Of a stretch of 64,000 nt of DNA, positions 9,635 through 19,089 are shown in pieces (position 1 is the first letter of the stretch; each line of letters starts with the position of its first letter). The stretch comes from an uncultured bacterium (GTDB lineage: Bacteria > Acidobacteriota > Aminicenantia > Aminicenantales > Saccharicenantaceae). Below the pieces are notes generated by a model. The model was not told the origin of the DNA and ran no database searches. It worked only from the letters and a program-made list of their open reading frames with translations. Location: the NCBI GenBank assembly GCA_963743755.1, contig CAVUQU010000003.1, positions 251,326 through 315,325 of the forward strand, in the 5' to 3' direction. The translations under genes and the position numbers were made by a program.

Positions 9635-9832
9635 ATGGTCAACTACATCCTGCTGTACAAGATCCGCCGCATCGTCAAGAAGATCCTCAAGGACAAGATC
9701 GCCGACGAGGAGATCGCCACGACCCCGAAGTCCTGTATCGGCTGCCTGGCGGACGACATCAGCTGGGAGGTCTATTACCTGCTCAAGGAGAGAGAGGACA
9801 GGGACGCCCCGCCCGGGGGCACGACGGACTGA
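9635..9832 (+). CDS. small hypothetical protein (65 aa, one CxxC)
   Basis: ATG-initiated ORF with GC3-rich codon usage like neighbouring genes and its own promoter. Basic/amphipathic N-terminus ([15 protein letters not shown]), CIGC motif, acidic tail. Confidence 0.5.
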   Translation: MVNYILLYKIRRIVKKILKDKIADEEIATTPKSCIGCLADDISWEVYYLLKEREDRDAPPGGTTD

Positions 9833-9836
9833 GCCC

Positions 9837-11207
9837 CTAGCCTTTCTTTTCCGTCTCTTCCGTCTGCTTTTTCCGGCCTGATCGGCCCTGATCCGGGCCT
9901 TCAGACCGTCCCACCAGTCGATCCGCTTGCGGATCTCCTTCTCGAAGCCCAACTCGCCGGGTTCGTAGTACTTCCGGCCCCTGAGCCGCTCCGGCATGGT
10001 CTCCATGTCGGTCGTGGCCAGGACGCTGTCGTGGGCGTACCGGTAATCCTTGCCGTAGCCGATCTCCTTCATCAGCGAGGTCACGGCGTTCCGGATGTGA
10101 AGGGGCACGGGCTCGTGCGGGCTGCGCTCGATCTCCTTCTGGACGGCGCCGTAGGCGGTGTAGATCCGGTTGCTCTTGGGCGCGGCGGCCATGTAGACGA
10201 CGGCCTCGGCCAGGGCCAGCTCCCCCTCGGGCGATCCGAGGAAGTCGTAGGCTTCCTTGGCGTGGAGCGCCAGGGCCAAGGCCTGCGGGTCGGCCAGGCC
10301 GATGTCCTCGGAGGCGAACCGGACCATGCGCCGGGCGACGTAGAGCGGGTCCTCGCCCGAGGCCAGCATCCGGGCCAGCCAGTAGAGCGCGGCATCGACG
10401 TCGCTGTTGCGCAGGCTTTTATGGAGGGCCGAAATGAGGTTGAAGTGCTCCTCCCCGGACTTGTCGTAGAGCAGGGTCCGCTGCTGGAGGGCTTCCTGGA
10501 CGTTCTCCATCGTGACGGTCTTCGTCCGGGCCAGGCCGGCCGCGATCTCCAGGGTGTTCAGCGCCCGGCGGGCGTCGCCGTTGGCGAAGTCGATGAGCAT
10601 GTCCCGGGCGGCCGGGTCCATGGTCAGGCCGGCCGCGCCGAGGCCGCGCTCCACGTCCTCGAGGGCGTCCTGGAGGATACGGGCGAGCGCACTCGTGATC
10701 GAGCTCCTTGAGGACCAGGACGCGGGTCCGGGAGAGGAGCGGGGCGATGACCTCGAACGAGGGGTTCTCCGTCGTCGAGCCGAAGAGGATGATGTCCCCC
10801 TTCTCGACGTACGGCAGGAAGGCCGCCTGCTGGGCCTTGTTGAAGCGGTGGATCTCGTCGATGAACAGGACCATGGGCTTGCCGAACAGCCGCCGCTGCT
10901 GCTCGGCCCGGGCCATGAATTCCTTGACCTCCTTGATGCCGGACAGGACGGCGCTGAAGAACTCGCAGGGCAGGTCGAAATGCCCCGCCAGCATGGTCCC
11001 CAGGGTCGTCTTGCCCGAGCCCGGCGGCCCCCAGAAGATGATGGAGACGAGCCGGTTCGACTCGATGAGCTCGGACAGGAGCTTGCCCTTGCCCAGGATG
11101 TGGTCCTGGCCGTAGACGCGGTCGAAGGTCCGCGGCCGCATCCGCTCGGCGAGCGGCGTGTGCGCCCCCTTGTCCCGGTCTTTGGTTTTTGCGTTCGGGG
11201 GAGCCAT
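9837..11207 (-). pseudogene. rarA: replication-associated recombination protein A (AAA+ ATPase RarA/MgsA); two frame breaks
   Basis: N-terminal part (ORF 10419-11345) has Walker [10 protein letters not shown] and [10 protein letters not shown]. The C-terminal part is ORF 9482-10654. Junction 1 is near 10700 (..LKEL|[14 protein letters not shown]..). Junction 2 is at the A5 run 9868-9872, after which ..ADQAGK|[10 protein letters not shown] reaches TAG at 9837-9839. Confidence 0.85.
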
Positions 11208-11216
11208 GGTCCCCGG

Positions 11217-11222
11217 ATTATA
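11217..11222 (-). promoter_or_regulatory. -10 box (TATAAT) of rarA, leaderless spacing
   Basis: Minus strand reads TATAAT - 9 nt - ATG 11207. No SD is possible. Confidence 0.4.
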
Positions 11223-11265
11223 GCACAACCGGCGGCCCGCGAAGCCCCCGCAACGGGCCCTCGCC

Positions 11266-11294
11266 TTGACCGAAAATCCGGAAAATGCTACTGT
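11266..11294 (+). promoter_or_regulatory. candidate promoter of MerR-like gene
   Basis: TTGACC (11266-11271) - 17 nt - TACTGT (11289-11294) - 10 nt - ATG 11305. Confidence 0.45.
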
Positions 11295-11304
11295 TGGCCT
11301 CCCG

Positions 11305-11709
11305 ATGTCCGAAAAAAAGGCCGCCGCCAAACCGAAGCCCTTCAAGGACGAAAAAGCGAAGGCGAAACTCGTCTACAAGTTCGACGAGGTCAGCCGGATG
11401 ACGGGCGTCGACACGGCCACGCTGGCCTCCTGGGAGGAGGAATTTCCCTTCCTCAGCGCCGGACTGACCGGGAGCGGCGAGAAGTTCTTCCGCCAGCAGG
11501 ACGTGGCCATCGTCGCCCGGGTCAAGGACCTGATGGCGACGAAGACGCTGACCATGGCCGGGATCAAGAGGAAGATCGAGGACGAGTTCGGCCTGGCTCC
11601 CTCGAACCCGGTGCACCCGGAGAGGCTCCGCAAGGCGCTCCACAGCGTCCGCGACGAGCTCCAGGACATCGTGACCTCCCTCGGCGGCGGGCGCAAAAAA
11701 AAGCCCTAA
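11305..11709 (+). CDS. MerR-family helix-turn-helix protein
   Basis: Start taken at ATG 11305 (MSEKK...), because the TTG at 11266 is the -35 box. HTH-like segment YKFDEVSRMTGVDTATLASWEEEF and FFRQQDVAIVARVKDL. Confidence 0.6.
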   Translation: MSEKKAAAKPKPFKDEKAKAKLVYKFDEVSRMTGVDTATLASWEEEFPFLSAGLTGSGEKFFRQQDVAIVARVKDLMATKTLTMAGIKRKIEDEFGLAPSNPVHPERLRKALHSVRDELQDIVTSLGGGRKKKP

Positions 11710-11725
11710 ATTCCCCCGATTCTGC

Positions 11726-11731
11726 TATAAT
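11726..11731 (+). promoter_or_regulatory. -10 box (TATAAT) upstream of tRNA-Pro(GGG)
   Basis: TATAAT lies 14 nt upstream of the mature tRNA 5' end. Confidence 0.45.
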
Positions 11732-11745
11732 GAGGGACCCCGGTT

Positions 11746-11822
11746 CGGGACGTGGCGCAGCCTGGTAGCGCACATGCTTGGGGTGCATGGGGTCGGCGGT
11801 TCGAATCCGCCCGTCCCGACCA
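11746..11822 (+). tRNA. tRNA-Pro (anticodon GGG), CCA encoded
   Basis: Cloverleaf folded by hand: acceptor CGGGACG/CGTCCCG, D stem GCGC/GCGC, anticodon stem CATGC/GCATG with loop TTGGGGT, T arm GGCGG-TTCGAAT-CCGCC, discriminator A, CCA. Confidence 0.9.
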
Positions 11823-11877
11823 TTCTTCCCCCTATCGCAAAAGCCCGGGCGAGAGCCTGAGCGGAAGGAGCGACGCG

Positions 11878-12231
11878 ATGTCCGCCATGAAAAAGGAAAA
11901 GAACACCGAAGACCTGAAGGCCAGGGCCATCGGCCTGACGGGGCTCGTCAATTATCAGGACGGGGCGGTCGTCAGCCGGGAGGTCGTCAGCCAGGCGGCC
12001 GGGACCGTGACCGCTTTCGCCTTCGACGAGGGCGAGCAGCTCAGCGAGCACACCGCCCCCTACGACGCCATGGTCATCGACCTCGATGGCGAGGCCGACA
12101 TCGCCATCGGCGGCAAAACCAACCGGATCAAGCCCGGCGAGATGATCATCATGCCCGCCGGCATCCCCCACGGGCTGAAGGCCGTGACCCGGTTCAAGAT
12201 GCTCCTGGTCATGATCAAGAAGCCGGCGTGA
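11878..12231 (+). CDS. cupin-domain protein
   Basis: ATG 11878 preceded by GGAAGGAG. 117 aa with cupin-like core (GEQLSEHTAPYDAMVIDLDGEADI...PGEMIIMPAGIPHGL). The upstream part of track ORF 11752-12231 overlaps the tRNA. Confidence 0.7.
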   Translation: MSAMKKEKNTEDLKARAIGLTGLVNYQDGAVVSREVVSQAAGTVTAFAFDEGEQLSEHTAPYDAMVIDLDGEADIAIGGKTNRIKPGEMIIMPAGIPHGLKAVTRFKMLLVMIKKPA

Positions 12232-13025
12232 ACGACTCTCCGAAGGCCGGGGCGCGGGACGGGCGGCCCATTATCCTCCTGACCAACGACGACGGGTTCT
12301 ACCGCGAGACGATCCAGATCCTCTTCCGCAGGCTCGGGCGTCTCGGCCGGACCTACATCGTCGCCCCGGACCGGGAGAAGAGCGCCTGCTCCCTGTCCAT
12401 CACGTTGCGCCAGCCGCTCCGCGTCCAGCACGTCAAACCGCGCGTCTGGGCCGTCGAGGGCACGCCGGTCGATTGCATCTACTTCGCTCTCCAGGAATTC
12501 CTGCCCCGCCGCCCGGACCTCATCGTCTCGGGGATGAACCCGGGGCCGAACCTCGGCCAGCAGGACATCAACTATTCCGGAACGGTCGCGGGGGCCCTCC
12601 AGGGGACCTTCCACGGCATCCCCTCGATCGCGGTCTCGCTGCTCGCGGACGACAAGGGGCGTTTCGACCTGAAGTACGCGGCGGGGATCGTCGAGACGGT
12701 CGCCGCCGACGTCCTGGCCTCGGGCCTGCCCGAGGGGATCGCCCTCAACGTCAACATCCCGCCGCCGCCCGCCAAGGGCGTCAAGATCACGCGCCTGGGC
12801 TGGAAGTTCTACGATCCGGACATCATCGAGAAAACCGATCCGCGCAACGATTCTTATTACTGGATCGGGACGGGAACGCCGCGCAGGGTGGGAGACGCGG
12901 GCACCGATGTCATGGCCACACACGACGGCTACATCACCCTGACGCCCCTCCACACCGACATGACCGCCCATCACGTCCTGCGCTCCGCGCCGATGCGCCG
13001 GATCGCCAGGGCGCTCGCCCGCTAG
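12228..13025 (+). CDS. surE: 5'/3'-nucleotidase SurE
   Basis: GTG 12228 overlaps the cupin stop (GTGA). SurE signature ILLTNDDGF plus VSGMNPGPNLGQQDINYSGTVAGA. Confidence 0.85.
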   Translation: MNDSPKAGARDGRPIILLTNDDGFYRETIQILFRRLGRLGRTYIVAPDREKSACSLSITLRQPLRVQHVKPRVWAVEGTPVDCIYFALQEFLPRRPDLIVSGMNPGPNLGQQDINYSGTVAGALQGTFHGIPSIAVSLLADDKGRFDLKYAAGIVETVAADVLASGLPEGIALNVNIPPPPAKGVKITRLGWKFYDPDIIEKTDPRNDSYYWIGTGTPRRVGDAGTDVMATHDGYITLTPLHTDMTAHHVLRSAPMRRIARALAR

Positions 13026-13094
13026 ACCTCTCTCTCGTCCGGTCTTCGAGAAGCCGGATCCCGCAGCTTGACGCGCGCCGCCCGAGGGAGTCGT

Positions 13095-13739
13095 TTATCG
13101 GGTTTTGTTCTTCCGGTGACGGAAGTACTCGAAGGCGATGGGGACCGTCGAGATGAGGATGATGGCCAGGATGGCGATCGAGAAATTCTTCCTGACGAAG
13201 GGGATGTTGCCGAAGAAGTAGCCCGCGCCGACGAGCAGGACGACCCAGGCCACGCCGCCGATGACGTTGAAGGACAGGAAGCGGCCGTAGGACATCTTGC
13301 CGATGCCGGCGACGAAGGGCGCGAACGTCCGGATGATGGGGACGAACCGGGCGATGATGATGGTCTTGCCGCCGTGCTTCTCGTAGAAGGCGTGGGTCCG
13401 GTCGAGGTACTCCTTCTTGAAGAAACGGGCGTCCTCCCGGCTGAAGGCCTTCTCGCCGATGCGGTGGCCGATCCAGTAGTTGACGGTGTCCCCGACGACG
13501 GCGGCCGCGGCCAGGAGGAGGATGAGCAGGCGGACGTCGAGCGCGCCGAGCGCGGCGAACGTTCCCGCGGCGAAGAGGAGCGAATCGCCCGGCAGGAAGG
13601 GCATGATGACCAGGCCGGTCTCGATGAAGATGATCGCGAACAGGATGGCGTAGGTCCAGGCGCCGAACTGCTGGATGATGGCGCTGAGGTGCCTGTCGAT
13701 GTGCAGCACGAACTCGATGACCGACTTGATGAAATCCAT
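13095..13739 (-). CDS. DedA/VTT-family membrane protein
   Basis: Start ATG 13739 (MDFIKSV...). Motifs FIETGLVIMPFLPGDSLLFAAG and ARFVPIIRTFAPFVAGIG. Confidence 0.85.
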   Translation of the reverse strand: MDFIKSVIEFVLHIDRHLSAIIQQFGAWTYAILFAIIFIETGLVIMPFLPGDSLLFAAGTFAALGALDVRLLILLLAAAAVVGDTVNYWIGHRIGEKAFSREDARFFKKEYLDRTHAFYEKHGGKTIIIARFVPIIRTFAPFVAGIGKMSYGRFLSFNVIGGVAWVVLLVGAGYFFGNIPFVRKNFSIAILAIILISTVPIAFEYFRHRKNKTR

Positions 13740-13748
13740 GAGCCCACT

Positions 13749-13777
13749 ACTATACCCGGCCGACCGGCCCAAATCAA
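13749..13777 (-). promoter_or_regulatory. sigma70-like promoter of DedA gene (leaderless)
   Basis: Minus strand reads TTGATT (13772-13777) - 17 nt - TATAGT (13749-13754) - 9 nt - ATG 13739. Confidence 0.55.
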
Positions 13778-13927
13778 TTCGCAGGCCGGTCCCTGGTTTT
13801 CATTTTTAGGCCTGAAAACATCAAAATTCACCATCGCCCTGCCTGGAGAGGCAGGCACAAGATCGCTCAACTTGCTCATATCATTATAATTGCTGAGGTC
13901 CGACCCCGATCGTGTTAAAATAAGCCC

Positions 13928-14878
13928 ATGAACAGGAAGATCGGGCTCGTCGAGAGGGCCCTCGACCGCCTCTCCCCGCTCGAAACGGCCTGCACGCTCT
14001 GCCCTCGCGACTGCCGGGTCGACCGGACGAAGGGCGCGGAGGGCGTCTGCCGGACGGGCCGCCAGGCCTCCGTCTCCCACGCCCTGCTCCACTTCGGCGA
14101 AGAACCCGTGATCAGCGGCACGTCCGGCTCGGGCACGATCTTCTTCACCGGGTGCAACCTCAAATGCCTGTTCTGCCAGAACTACCAGCTCAGCTGGCTC
14201 CTCGAGGGCACGCCGGCGACGGACGGGGAGCTCGCCGCCATGATGCTCGATCTCCAGGCCCGGGGCGCCCACAACATCAACCTCGTCTCGCCGGGCCACG
14301 TCGTCCTGCCCGTCCTCCGGGCCCTGCGGATCGCCCTGGCCGGTGGCCTCGAGGTCCCGCTCGTCTGGAATTCCAACGGCTACGACGGCCTCGAAACCGT
14401 CCGGGCCCTCGAGGGCATCGTCGACGTCTTCCTGCCCGACCTGAAGTATTTTTCGCCCGAGCTCTCGAAAAGATACTCGTCCGCGCCGGACTACTTCGCC
14501 CGGGCTTCGGCGGCCGTCAAGGAGATGTCCCTGCAGCAGCCCGCGTTCGACCTAGGGCCGGGCGGGACGGCCCGCAAGGGGCTCGTGGTCCGCCACCTCG
14601 TCCTCCCCGGCGCGGTCGACGACACGCTGGCCATCCTGAAGTGGGTCGGAGAGAACCTTTCTCCGTTCACCGGCCTGAGCCTGATGAGCCAGTATCACCC
14701 CTGCTACGAGGCGCCGGCCGAGATCCAACGGAGCGTCACCGCCGGGGAATACGGTCGGGCCGCCGAAGCGGCCCTCGCTCTCGGCCTCGATCCCCTGTTC
14801 CTCCAACCGGAGCCGTTCCGGGCGGACGAGCACCTCGTCCCCGACTTCAGGAAGGAGAAACCGTTCCGCTGGAAATAG
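13928..14878 (+). CDS. radical SAM protein (PflX-like activase family)
   Basis: 316 aa. CX3CX2C cluster motif in FFTGCNLKCLFCQN, and an N-terminal extra cysteine cluster CTLCPRDCRVDR...GVC. Confidence 0.8.
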   Translation: MNRKIGLVERALDRLSPLETACTLCPRDCRVDRTKGAEGVCRTGRQASVSHALLHFGEEPVISGTSGSGTIFFTGCNLKCLFCQNYQLSWLLEGTPATDGELAAMMLDLQARGAHNINLVSPGHVVLPVLRALRIALAGGLEVPLVWNSNGYDGLETVRALEGIVDVFLPDLKYFSPELSKRYSSAPDYFARASAAVKEMSLQQPAFDLGPGGTARKGLVVRHLVLPGAVDDTLAILKWVGENLSPFTGLSLMSQYHPCYEAPAEIQRSVTAGEYGRAAEAALALGLDPLFLQPEPFRADEHLVPDFRKEKPFRWK

Positions 14879-14887
14879 GGCGCGGCC

Positions 14888-15760
14888 CTACTTCTCGGCG
14901 GTGGTGTAGGTTTTCGGCCGGCTCAACCGGGATCCGTCGATCCCCAGCGCCGCGGCCAGCTCCAAGATCTTGGCCTGGACCGCTCCGACGCCCTTGGGGC
15001 CCAGGCGCAGCAGCTGTTTCTGGGCAGCGCTCAATCCCTCGAGGGTTTCGTCGGTCATGGCGTAGCTCAGGACCTTCTGTTCCAGCCGGACGGTACCGTC
15101 GACGACCGGCGTCCCGAGGAGCTCGTCCATGGCCCGGACCAGGGTATCGTCGAAATCGACGCCCGGATAGCCGAGCTCGCCGTAAGCCTCCTGGAGGAGA
15201 GGCTTGACCGCCCGGTAGAGCCGGGCCGCGGACACCGCATCGAGCGACAGGACGACGCCGATGACGGGATCGTAGCGGGCGTAGGACGCCGGATCGACGA
15301 TCGTCCCCGTCTTCGTCCGGGCGACCCGGAAGTCCCCGGCCAAAGCGAAGAAATCGACGTGCGGTTTCGGGCTGAGCCCGTTGGCGACGTTGTCGACGGA
15401 GACGACGAATTTCCGGACGAGGTCCTTCGAGAGGATCCACCGGACGAATTCCGGGTCCGTCGACAGGGCCGCCGCGAACTCCCGGACCGAGGCGTCGCTC
15501 TCCCCGAGGGCGACGGCGGGGAACGCAAGCGGTTCCCCGGCCGGCCGGGCGGCGGCGCTATCCTCTCCCGACGGCCGGGCGGTCTCCGCGACGGGCGCCG
15601 CTTCGGCGGCCGGCTTGGCCGGCTTCTTCACGAACACGAAATAATAGAGGGCCGCGACGGCGGCCAGGATGGCGAACAGGGCCGCCGCGAGGCCCCAGAC
15701 GCTCTTCTTCTCCTCTTCGGGATCCCTGTCCCGCTCATCCTCGATCCGGAGGTCGTCCAT
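14888..15760 (-). CDS. DUF3014-like single-pass membrane protein
   Basis: 290 aa. N-terminal TM (WGLAAALFAILAAVAALYYFVFV) and conserved-looking region DPEFVRWILSKDLVRKFVVSVDNVANG. Family call is from memory of the DUF3014 pattern. Confidence 0.6.
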   Translation of the reverse strand: MDDLRIEDERDRDPEEEKKSVWGLAAALFAILAAVAALYYFVFVKKPAKPAAEAAPVAETARPSGEDSAAARPAGEPLAFPAVALGESDASVREFAAALSTDPEFVRWILSKDLVRKFVVSVDNVANGLSPKPHVDFFALAGDFRVARTKTGTIVDPASYARYDPVIGVVLSLDAVSAARLYRAVKPLLQEAYGELGYPGVDFDDTLVRAMDELLGTPVVDGTVRLEQKVLSYAMTDETLEGLSAAQKQLLRLGPKGVGAVQAKILELAAALGIDGSRLSRPKTYTTAEK

Positions 15761-15768
15761 GGCTTTCC

Positions 15769-16668
15769 TTACCGCCCCGGCGCTCCGGAAGCGTCCCGGC
15801 CGATCGCCTTGATCTTGACGATCTCGACGCGGCCGTTCGGGGCCCGCAGGATGATGTTCGGCCCGCCCTCCCCGATCCAGCCCTTGACCGTGGCCGCCGG
15901 CAGCTCCACGCCGAGGTCGAAGTCGCTGCGGACCCGGCCGCGCGGCGCGTCCGCCTCGACGATGGCCCCGACCCCGGATTCCAGGCGGAGCACGATGTTG
16001 CCGCGCCGGCAGGTGATGGTGATCGTGTCCTCCTCGCGGAGGTCCAGGACCTCGACGTCCGCGTCGCCCGTCCCGACGGTCGCGTCGACCGCCCCGGAAA
16101 AGTTCTCCACCAACAGACCGCCCTGGTCGACCGAGGCCTCGAGCTTCCCGAAGACATCGGAAACCGTGAGGTCGCCTTCACTGAGGCGGATCCCGGTCAG
16201 GACGACCGAATCGGGAACACGAACCCGGTAGTCCACCGCCGGCGGTGTCCCGGTGCCCTCGAAGGTGCGGGTCCGGACCATGAGCCCGCCGCCCGTCTCC
16301 CTGACCTCGACGTCGGGCGCGTACCTCCGGGCGGAGGAGGTGGTGCGGGCGATGCCCCCGCTCGCGGCGACGGCGGCCGCGGCGGCGATGTCGACCGTGT
16401 CGCGGTCCCAGCCGGTGATCGTGACGTTGCCGAAATCGTTCTCCAGCGACAGCGTGCCGCCCTTGCGCAGGTCGACCGTCTCCCGGAATTCGGTGCCGCT
16501 CGCCGGCCGTGCGGCGGGCTCCGTTCGCGTCTCCCGCGGCGCCGTCCCGTCGCGCTCGGGGATCCGGCGCCAGCCCTCGTCGTCGCCCGGATCGGGGAAG
16601 AGGATGCAGGCCGCGGACAAGGCCAGCACCGCGACCAGCGGAGAAAGCATCAGCGCGGATTTTCTCAT
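15769..16668 (-). CDS. DUF4097-like beta-strand repeat lipoprotein (putative adhesin fold)
   Basis: Start ATG 16668 (MRKSALMLSPLVAVLALSAAC lipobox) with SD GGGAGGG. Repeated G-x-[VI]-x-[VI] strand pattern. Confidence 0.6.
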   Translation of the reverse strand: MRKSALMLSPLVAVLALSAACILFPDPGDDEGWRRIPERDGTAPRETRTEPAARPASGTEFRETVDLRKGGTLSLENDFGNVTITGWDRDTVDIAAAAAVAASGGIARTTSSARRYAPDVEVRETGGGLMVRTRTFEGTGTPPAVDYRVRVPDSVVLTGIRLSEGDLTVSDVFGKLEASVDQGGLLVENFSGAVDATVGTGDADVEVLDLREEDTITITCRRGNIVLRLESGVGAIVEADAPRGRVRSDFDLGVELPAATVKGWIGEGGPNIILRAPNGRVEIVKIKAIGRDASGAPGR

Positions 16669-16698
16669 CGTTCGTCCCTCCCGTCGGAAAGAGCTTCT

Positions 16699-16704
16699 AT
16701 TATA
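16699..16704 (-). promoter_or_regulatory. -10 box (TATAAT) ahead of DUF4097/DUF3014 genes
   Basis: Minus strand reads TATAAT, followed by a 30-nt leader containing GGGAGGG. Confidence 0.35.
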
Positions 16705-16713
16705 CTCCAAAGC

Positions 16714-17468
16714 CTACCCGAAGCGGCCGGTGATGTAGTCCTCGGTCCGGGAATCGCGGGGCGTGGTGAAGATCTGGCGGGTCTCCCCGAACTCGACGAG
16801 CTCGCCGAGCAGGAAGTAGCCGGTGACGTCCGAGACGCGGGCCGCCTGCTGCATGTTGTGGGTGACGATGACGATCGTGTAGCGCTTCTTGAGCTCGGCC
16901 ATCAGGTCCTCGATGTTGGCGGTCGCGGTCAGGTCGAGGGCCGAGCAGGGCTCGTCCATGAGCAGGATCTCCGGCTCGACGGCGACCAGCCGGGCGATGC
17001 ACAGCCGCTGCTGCTGCTCGCCCGACAGGCGCGAGGGCGTTCTCGCCGAGCCGGTCCTTGAGCTCGTCCCAGAGATGGACGGCCTCGAGGCTGCGGGTGA
17101 GCTTCTCGTCGAGGGCCTTCGGGTCCCGGATGCCGTGGACGCGCAGGCCGTAGGCGACGTTGTCGGCCACGCTCAGGGGGAAGGGATTGGGGCGCTGGAA
17201 GACCATGCCGACCTTCTTCCGCAGGTCGAGGAGGTCGGTGCCGGGGGCGTAGATGTCCTGGCCGTCGATGAGGACCCGGCCGGTCGACCCGGACGCCGTC
17301 GATGAGGTCGTTCATCCGGTTGAGCGACCGGAGGAAGGTGGTCTTGCCGCAGCCCGACGGGCCGATGAGGGCGGTGATCCGGTACTTCTCGATGTCCAGG
17401 CCGATGCCCTTGAGGGCCTGGAACTTCCCGTAGAAGAAGTCGAGATCGCGGACTTCGATGATGGCCAT
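16714..17468 (-). pseudogene. pstB: phosphate ABC transporter ATP-binding protein PstB (distal copy); two frame breaks
   Basis: Three fragments: [23 protein letters not shown] (ORF 16929-17468), [13 protein letters not shown].. (ORF 16700-17206) and [13 protein letters not shown] (ORF 16714-16959). Junctions near 17287-17292 and 17029-17033 (..[13 protein letters not shown].. is restored). Confidence 0.85.
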
Positions 17469-17473
17469 GGCTC

Positions 17474-18231
17474 TTATCCGAACCGCCCCGGAGGTAGTCG
17501 TCGGTCCTCTTGTCGTCGGGCGCCGTGAAGATCTTGGCCGTCGGGCCGATCTCGACGAGCTCGCCCCTGAGGAAGAAGGCCGTCCGGTCGGCGACGCGGG
17601 CCGCCTGCTTGGTGTTGTTGGTGACCAGGACGATGGTGTAGTCCTTCTTGAGCCGGCGCAGGGACTCCTCGATCTTCATCGTCGAGATGGGATCGAGTCC
17701 CGAGCACGGCTCGTCGAGGAGGATGAATTCGGGCTTGACGGCCAGGATGCGGGCGAGGCAGAGCCGCTGCTGCTGGCCGCCGGAGAGCTTCAGGCCGCTC
17801 GTCTCCAGCCGGTCCTTGACCTCGTCCCAGAGGCCCCCCTTCTCCAGGCTGTCCCGGACGATCGCCTCGAGCTGGTCCCGGCCGCGGATACCGGCCATCC
17901 GGGCCCCGAAGACGACGTTCTCGAAGATCGAGCGCGGCAGGGGCACGGGCGTCGCGAAGACCATGCCCAGCTTGCGGCGGAGCTCGACGACGTCGACGTC
18001 GGGACCGTAGATGTCGCGGCCGTCGAGGGGGATCGTCCCCTCGTGCCGCGAGCCGCGGACGAGGTCGTTGAGGCGGTTGAGGGCGCAGAGGAAGGTCGAC
18101 TTGCCGCTGCGGGCCGGCCCGATGATGCCCAGGATCTCGTTGCGCACGACGTCGAGATCGAGATCGAAGATCTTGCGGACGTCGCCGAAGGACTGGCTGA
18201 AGCCCCGGACCTCGATGGCGACGGGACTCAT
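17474..18231 (-). CDS. pstB: PstB-like phosphate ABC transporter ATP-binding protein (proximal copy); indel 4 codons before stop
   Basis: [11 protein letters not shown].., Walker [10 protein letters not shown], signature [13 protein letters not shown], Walker B ILLDEP. The normal end DYLRGRFG-TAA (17474-17476) is reached only after correcting the G4 run 17486-17489. Length is 3n+2. Confidence 0.85.
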
Positions 18232-18248
18232 GGCGGGCGGCGCTCCCC

Positions 18249-19089
18249 TCACGAGTACTTCCGGATGAAACGGTTCATCAGGTAATAGGTCAGGATGTTG
18301 ATGCCCAGGATGGCGATGATCAGGATGGCCGCCGTGCCGTAGGCGTTGGGCGTCGAGATGCCCTCGCGGGCCAGGATGTAGAAGTGGACGGCCATCGTCC
18401 GGGTCGACGAGAAGATCGAGGTCGGCATGCGCAGGGCGCTGCCGGCGGTGAAGATCATGGCCGCCGTCTCGCCGATGCTGCGGCCGATGCTGAGGATGAC
18501 GCCGGTGACGATGCCCGGCAGGGCCGAGGGCAGGACGACCCGGGTCACCGTCTGCCACTTCGTGCTGCCCAGGGAGAAGCTGACCTCGCGGTAGGCCGGG
18601 GGCACGCTCTTGATGGCCTCCTCGGTGGTCCGGATGATGGTCGGCAGGAGCATGAAGGCCAGGGTCAGGCCGCCGCTGAGGATCGACCAGCCGAACTTGA
18701 GCTTGGTGACGAAGAGGATGAAGCCGAAGAGGCCGAAGATGATCGAGGGGATGCCGGCCAGGCAGTCGGCGCCGAAGCGGATGACCCGTGTCACCGGCCC
18801 GTCCCAGGTGTACTCCGTGAGGTAGATCGCCGTCCCCACGCCGAGCGGCGCGGCGATGAGCGATGGCCAGGGCGGTCAGGGCGATCGTCCCGACGATGGT
18901 CGAGAAGATGCCGCCCCCCTTGCCCATGTCCACGGGATTGGCCGTCAGGAACTCGAGGCTGAGGACGGGCAGGCCCCGGCGGAGGATGAAGGCGATGATG
19001 AAGACCAGGACGGCCACCGTAATGACCGTCATGGTCCAGAGCACGACCCGGGCCGATCGCTCTTCGATGCGGGGGCCGAGCCGCTTCAC
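18249..19089 (-). pseudogene. pstA: phosphate ABC transporter permease PstA; one frame break
   Basis: N-terminus MKRLGPRIEERS.. is in the frame of ORF 17173-19089. The C-terminal 196 aa (ORF 18249-18839) carry the EAA-like loop. Junction ..LTALAIA|IAAPLGVGTAIYLTEY.. near 18858-18862. GTGA overlap with the pstC stop. Confidence 0.85.

Noticed and set aside
9482-9836. C-terminal extension of rarA (..[18 protein letters not shown]..) overlapping the 65-aa ORF
   Set aside because: It becomes arginine-rich nonsense immediately after an A5 run. Adding one A gives a short plausible tail and a TAG at 9837. The extension also overlaps a promoter-equipped ORF on the other strand.
11752-13025. Long ORFs 11752-12231 and 11778-13025 starting inside tRNA-Pro
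   Set aside because: Their 5' parts run through the tRNA gene or out of frame across the cupin gene. The real starts are ATG 11878 (with SD) and GTG 12228 (SurE signature follows).
17486-17489. Programmed ribosomal frameshifting as an explanation for the frame breaks
   Set aside because: There are far too many sites (about 40), in unrelated genes, with no shared slippery heptamer or downstream stimulatory structure. Several sit a few codons from the natural start or stop.
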